From: Piromyces finnis finn
Lineage: Eukaryota > Fungi > Neocallimastigomycota
Length of the DNA: 24,470 nt
Reading direction: 5' to 3'
Assembly (NCBI GenBank): GCA_002104945.1
Contig: MCFH01000147.1
Coordinates: forward strand, 1 to 24,470
Positions 20,077 to 24,470 of the stretch are shown here, one piece after another. The position numbers and the translations under genes are program-made. Positions within the stretch are counted from its first letter, which is position 1; each line of letters starts with the position of its first letter. The notes under the pieces were generated by a model that saw only the letters and a program-made list of their open reading frames with translations, had not been told where the DNA came from and did not search any database.

Positions 20077-23000
20077 ATGATAACAACACAAAATATATCA
20101 GATAATTCTGATAATACTAATAATATTAATATTATCTCAGATAATAATACAGGTAACATTGAATTTTATATTCTCCATATTAGCAATGAAAATTAAAAAA
20201 AAAAAAAAAAAAATTAAATAAAAACAATTAATGTTTTTGTAGTGTATAAGTATAACATTTATTCATAACAATAAAATGATATATTAATTAATTATTACTT
20301 TATTATAACATTAGATGTTAATAAATTTTGGGATAAAAATTCATTAAGTTCAGTATATAATAAATCCAATATAATTTCTAAAGATGATCTAGAAAAAAAA
20401 AGGAATCAGAAAATATTAAAAAATCAAAAGAATTTGAAAGAAATACTAATAACTCGAAATTACATAATGCCTTGATTGAAAATTTTAAGAATGAGTCAGC
20501 GGATATAAATCGATTATTGCTATCTAGAAAAATTATTGAGGAAACGAAGGAAGAAGCAGATGGAAGTATCAAGTATACTTTACCAAAGAGTAAAAATAAA
20601 GAAGAATTTCAAGATGATATGGAAAAAACATACTATGGTCCAAACGATTCTTTATTCCGAAATAATTATACTATTATACCTATTAATAAAGATAATGATT
20701 TTCAGAACGAAAATATATTTATTAATAATGTGAACCTTAATTTTGATGAGGAAATAAAAATAAACGAAAAATATAGTCAAATGTTATTACAAGTAAAAAA
20801 CCTCGATACAAGTAAAGATTTTTATAATATATTTACCGAACAAGAAATAAATGAAAGAATTCAAAAAATCGTTGCCAAAGTTATTCCAGAAGAATCAAAA
20901 AAATTTAAAACCTCACTTCCATTATTTGATGCTCTTGGTGCAATTGAAAATATGAGATCAAAATATATAACATTAGTAGATAAATTAAATAATATAAATG
21001 ATATTTATGAAGAATGGGTTGAAGGTAAAAAAAAAAAAATTAATGCTTAATTATAATTTTTATAATATTTAAACTATAGATTATAGTTATATATTTTTTA
21101 TTTGAACGATTTCTAAATAATATATATAATAATTTTTTTAAAGAAAGAGAAAGATCTATTGTTCTTAATTATCAGACTGCTGTAGCGAAATATGAAAAAT
21201 ATAAAAATGTTGATCATGTAATAAAATCTTAATGATTAAAATAAGAATAATAACATTAGAATTTTGAATTTAATAATATATTATTATATTATTTATTTCT
21301 GAATATAAAAACATAAAACAAAAAGGATGAACTTATTAATGAGCTATTAAAAAAAACAATGATTCAAAATTCAATTGAAAAAGAAATAGAAAATCTTATA
21401 CTATCTAATAATTCAGTAATTTTATTTATTATATTATTTATTATTTAATTATCGCTTTCTTTTTTTTAATAATATATAATTAATTAAAATATTATATATT
21501 ATAATATATTTAGTTGAATAATAAAGTGGATGAGATAACGAGCGAATTACAAAATACTCAAAAAGAAAATAGACTAATATATAATATTATTGGAAAACTA
21601 AGAATAAAAAATAAATTACTATGTAAAAAACTTAAAGAGATCATTATAAAAAAAAATATAACTTTAGGAGAACTAGAAATGGATAAAAAATTAGATGTTT
21701 GTTTCGGGGATTTTAATTATATATTATTTTATATAATAAAAATTAACCAATGAATAATATATAATATATTAAAAATTTATATTTTTCTATCTATTTAATT
21801 TAAATAATAATAAATTTTGAAAATGATTTAAATTAATATTTAGAATAATGATGAAGATGAAGAGGAAAAAGATATATTAAAAAGTTATGATGGAAAAAAT
21901 ATTGAAAAATCATTGCTATTAAAGGAAATAGATAAAATTAATACAGAAATTGAAAATACAAATAGTGAGATTCTTTGTTGGTATATAAAAATAAAAAAAA
22001 ATTTAATAATTACTTATATTTTGAATATAATATTTTAATTTTTAAAAAATCCTTTTTTCCAACCATATAAATTAATATGAAATAAATATATTTCTGTAAT
22101 GATGTATAGCTTAACTAATATAAAAGAAAAAAAGAAATGGAATAATTCAAAAATTTTTGATAAATCAATAATTAATAATGTTGATTATAGTTTAATAAGA
22201 GATAATGAGGATGAATCTAATTTAAAAAACAAAAGTACAGGTAAAAAAATCCTAAATTATGAATAATATAAATAATAGTTATATATATATAAACTTATTA
22301 TTATAATTAATAACATTCATTAATATTTATTTATAATAATGAATTTTTCTTTTTTAATTTTTATTAGAATTTCAAAAAGATTATGAACAAGAGATTAATA
22401 AACTGAGAAATATAGTTATTCAGGAAAAAAAACAAAAAAAGTATTATAGTTATATACTAATATGAATATCATTTTTTGAAATACTATTCTTTTTCTAACA
22501 AATATAATTAATATTCTAATATTTTCGTTAAAAATATTATTTCCAATATACATATGTATTGTTTCTTAAAGAAATATGCTTAATAAATTCCAGAAACATT
22601 CAAGAGTTACAAATATGATAAAAGAATTGATTGAATCATGTATTGAGGAATTAAAAATAACAAAAAAGAAATATATAATAATGATACAATTATTAATAAG
22701 TATAATTTTAATTTTATTGATACAGTTTTTAAAAACTATTTATTTGAAGATGTCTTATACAGTAATCGGAATCCAAATATTACAAACAGAATTTTCTATC
22801 GATCAAATACTAAATATGAATGAATCTAAACTTTTTTCACATGACGAAAAATTTATTCTTATTTATTTTATAATATTCAATGGTGAGCGCATAATTAATG
22901 TAATTAAAAATGAGTTTTGAAAATCAATCGAACGTTGTCAAAGATGTTAATAATTTAGTTAATAATAATTCAATTGAAAATCAAGGTTTAAATGTTATTG

Positions 23001-23839
23001 GTGTTAAAAATAAGTTAAATGTAAGGGAATCTGATAATTTAATAGATAATAAAGAAAAAATTCAATTATGAATATGAAAAAGAAAATGCAATTTCCTAAA
23101 AAAGATAAAAATATAAGTAACATCAAAAGAGATAATATTTGTGATAAAACCATAAATAAACGGAATGATAGTAGTAACTCTATTCAAAGTAAAATTGATG
23201 AGGAATCAAGTGATAAATGTGATTTATTAGAAGAAAGTCAAAGAAATAAAGAAAAAGCATTTATTAATAGATTCAATGACAATGAAAGTGACTCATCTAG
23301 TATTGTAGGTGATGATGAATTTATTGATATAACAACTCTTTCTAGTCGTTCTCGAAAAAGTATACGGAAACTCTTAAAATAGATATCTAGAATTAATGAA
23401 AAATCCCAATATTAGTTTATTAAATACAAAATCACCTAATAACAGCAACAATAGTAATAGTAATAGTAATGAAAACTGTAATATTATTGAATCTTCTGAT
23501 AATTTAATTAAAAATAAGCTAAAAGAAGATAAAAATATTAATGATAATATAATAATAAATGAAATTTATGAAGAAAAAAATAAGAGAGTGATAAAGTAAT
23601 TGAAGAAAATGTATTGGCAATAAAAAATGTCAATAATATTTTAGAAAAAAATTTAAATGATGAAAATAATGATTTTAATAATAATAAGTCATCGTCTGAT
23701 AGTAGAAGATCAAGTTATCCTTGTAATATGATTAATCAATTACCTTATTATGGTAGTAATAAAGATTTTGAAAATGAAAGTATTGAAACTGAAACTAATA
23801 AACTGTTATTTAAAAGTAGAAAACTAAATAATAATAATA

Positions 23840-23870
<31 letters not shown>

Positions 23871-23939
23871 TAATAATAATAATAATAATAATTAATAATA
23901 TAATAATAATATAATAATAATAATAATATAATAATAATA

Positions 23940-23977
<38 letters not shown>

Positions 23978-24470
23978 TATAATAATAATATAATAATAAT
24001 AATAATAATAATAATGATGATGATGATGATGCCGATGATGATAATAATAATTTAGAGGATATTTTAACTATTGATATAATTAAAGATAATAATGAACATA
24101 TTAATAAAGAATTAAATAATAATATTAGAACAAAAAATTTATGTTTTATAAATAAACCAGTCAATAAAAATAAAGTTAGAGTTATTCGTAATAAATATAA
24201 AAATGGAAAATTTATGCGAAATGATGAAAAAAAAAAGAAACAATAATTGAATTAATTGATGATGATTCCCCACCTGATAAATTGAATAAATATTATAATA
24301 AACAAGAAAAGAAAAACGAAAACCCAAATGAATTTAAAGTAATAAATTGTATGAGTTATAAGCTACCACCTGAAAATTCAGATATATATAATGATAGCTT
24401 TGATAACTATTATAAAAGAAGAATATCAAATCTATAAAGAAAACATTGTCAGTCAATTTTTAGAAGGAAA
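20077..24470 (+). CDS. Hypothetical multi-exon protein (coiled-coil-like N-terminal half, long Asn/Asp-rich terminal exon); incomplete at the right edge, with indels
   Basis: Predicted exons 20077-20152, 20315-21024 (needs one extra A in the run at 20393-20401), 21144-21217, 21326-21415, 21514-21696, 21844-21980, 22110-22240, 22368-22440, 22572->24470. GT-AG junctions have consistent phases. The last exon keeps a coding-like composition but changes frame several times. No recognisable family motif. Confidence 0.68.
23829..24050. repeat. (AAT)n/(GAT)n low-complexity tract, probably coding poly-Asn/poly-Asp
   Basis: Flanked on both sides by coding-like frames of the hypothetical gene. It explains the spurious ORF 23892..24164(-). 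Confidence 0.8.

Overview
This is an extremely AT-rich, intron-rich eukaryotic window. The composition, (AAT)n tracts, short AT-rich introns and a fungal-type Vip1 best fit an anaerobic gut fungus (Neocallimastigomycota); that assignment is inference. The left 11 kb is a nest of APE-type non-LTR retrotransposons (LINEs). LINE-A (~1081-6360) is apparently full length, with one long ORF (N-terminal RRM-like domain, Q/S/N-rich linker, APE endonuclease, RT, CCHC knuckle) and a poly(A) tail, and its first ~1 kb is mirrored head-to-head at 1-1022. A divergent LINE-B (ORF from 7838, 3' end ~10697) has lost ~1.8 kb of its RT/C-terminal region, and in its place sits a ~190-bp mosaic of four collinear LINE-A-family fragments ending in poly(A). 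A 5'-truncated LINE-A 3' end lies at 10729-10943. After 3.4 kb of AT-rich intergenic DNA there is an intact 12-exon VIP1/ASP1 (PPIP5K) gene (14317-18882, 868 aa) with a 10-nt micro-exon and Lys at the usual second phosphatase His. A multi-exon coiled-coil/Asn-rich gene of unknown function starts at 20077 and runs off the window. Single-base indels cluster near both window ends, so several apparent frameshifts, and possibly the palindrome, may be sequencing or assembly artefacts.
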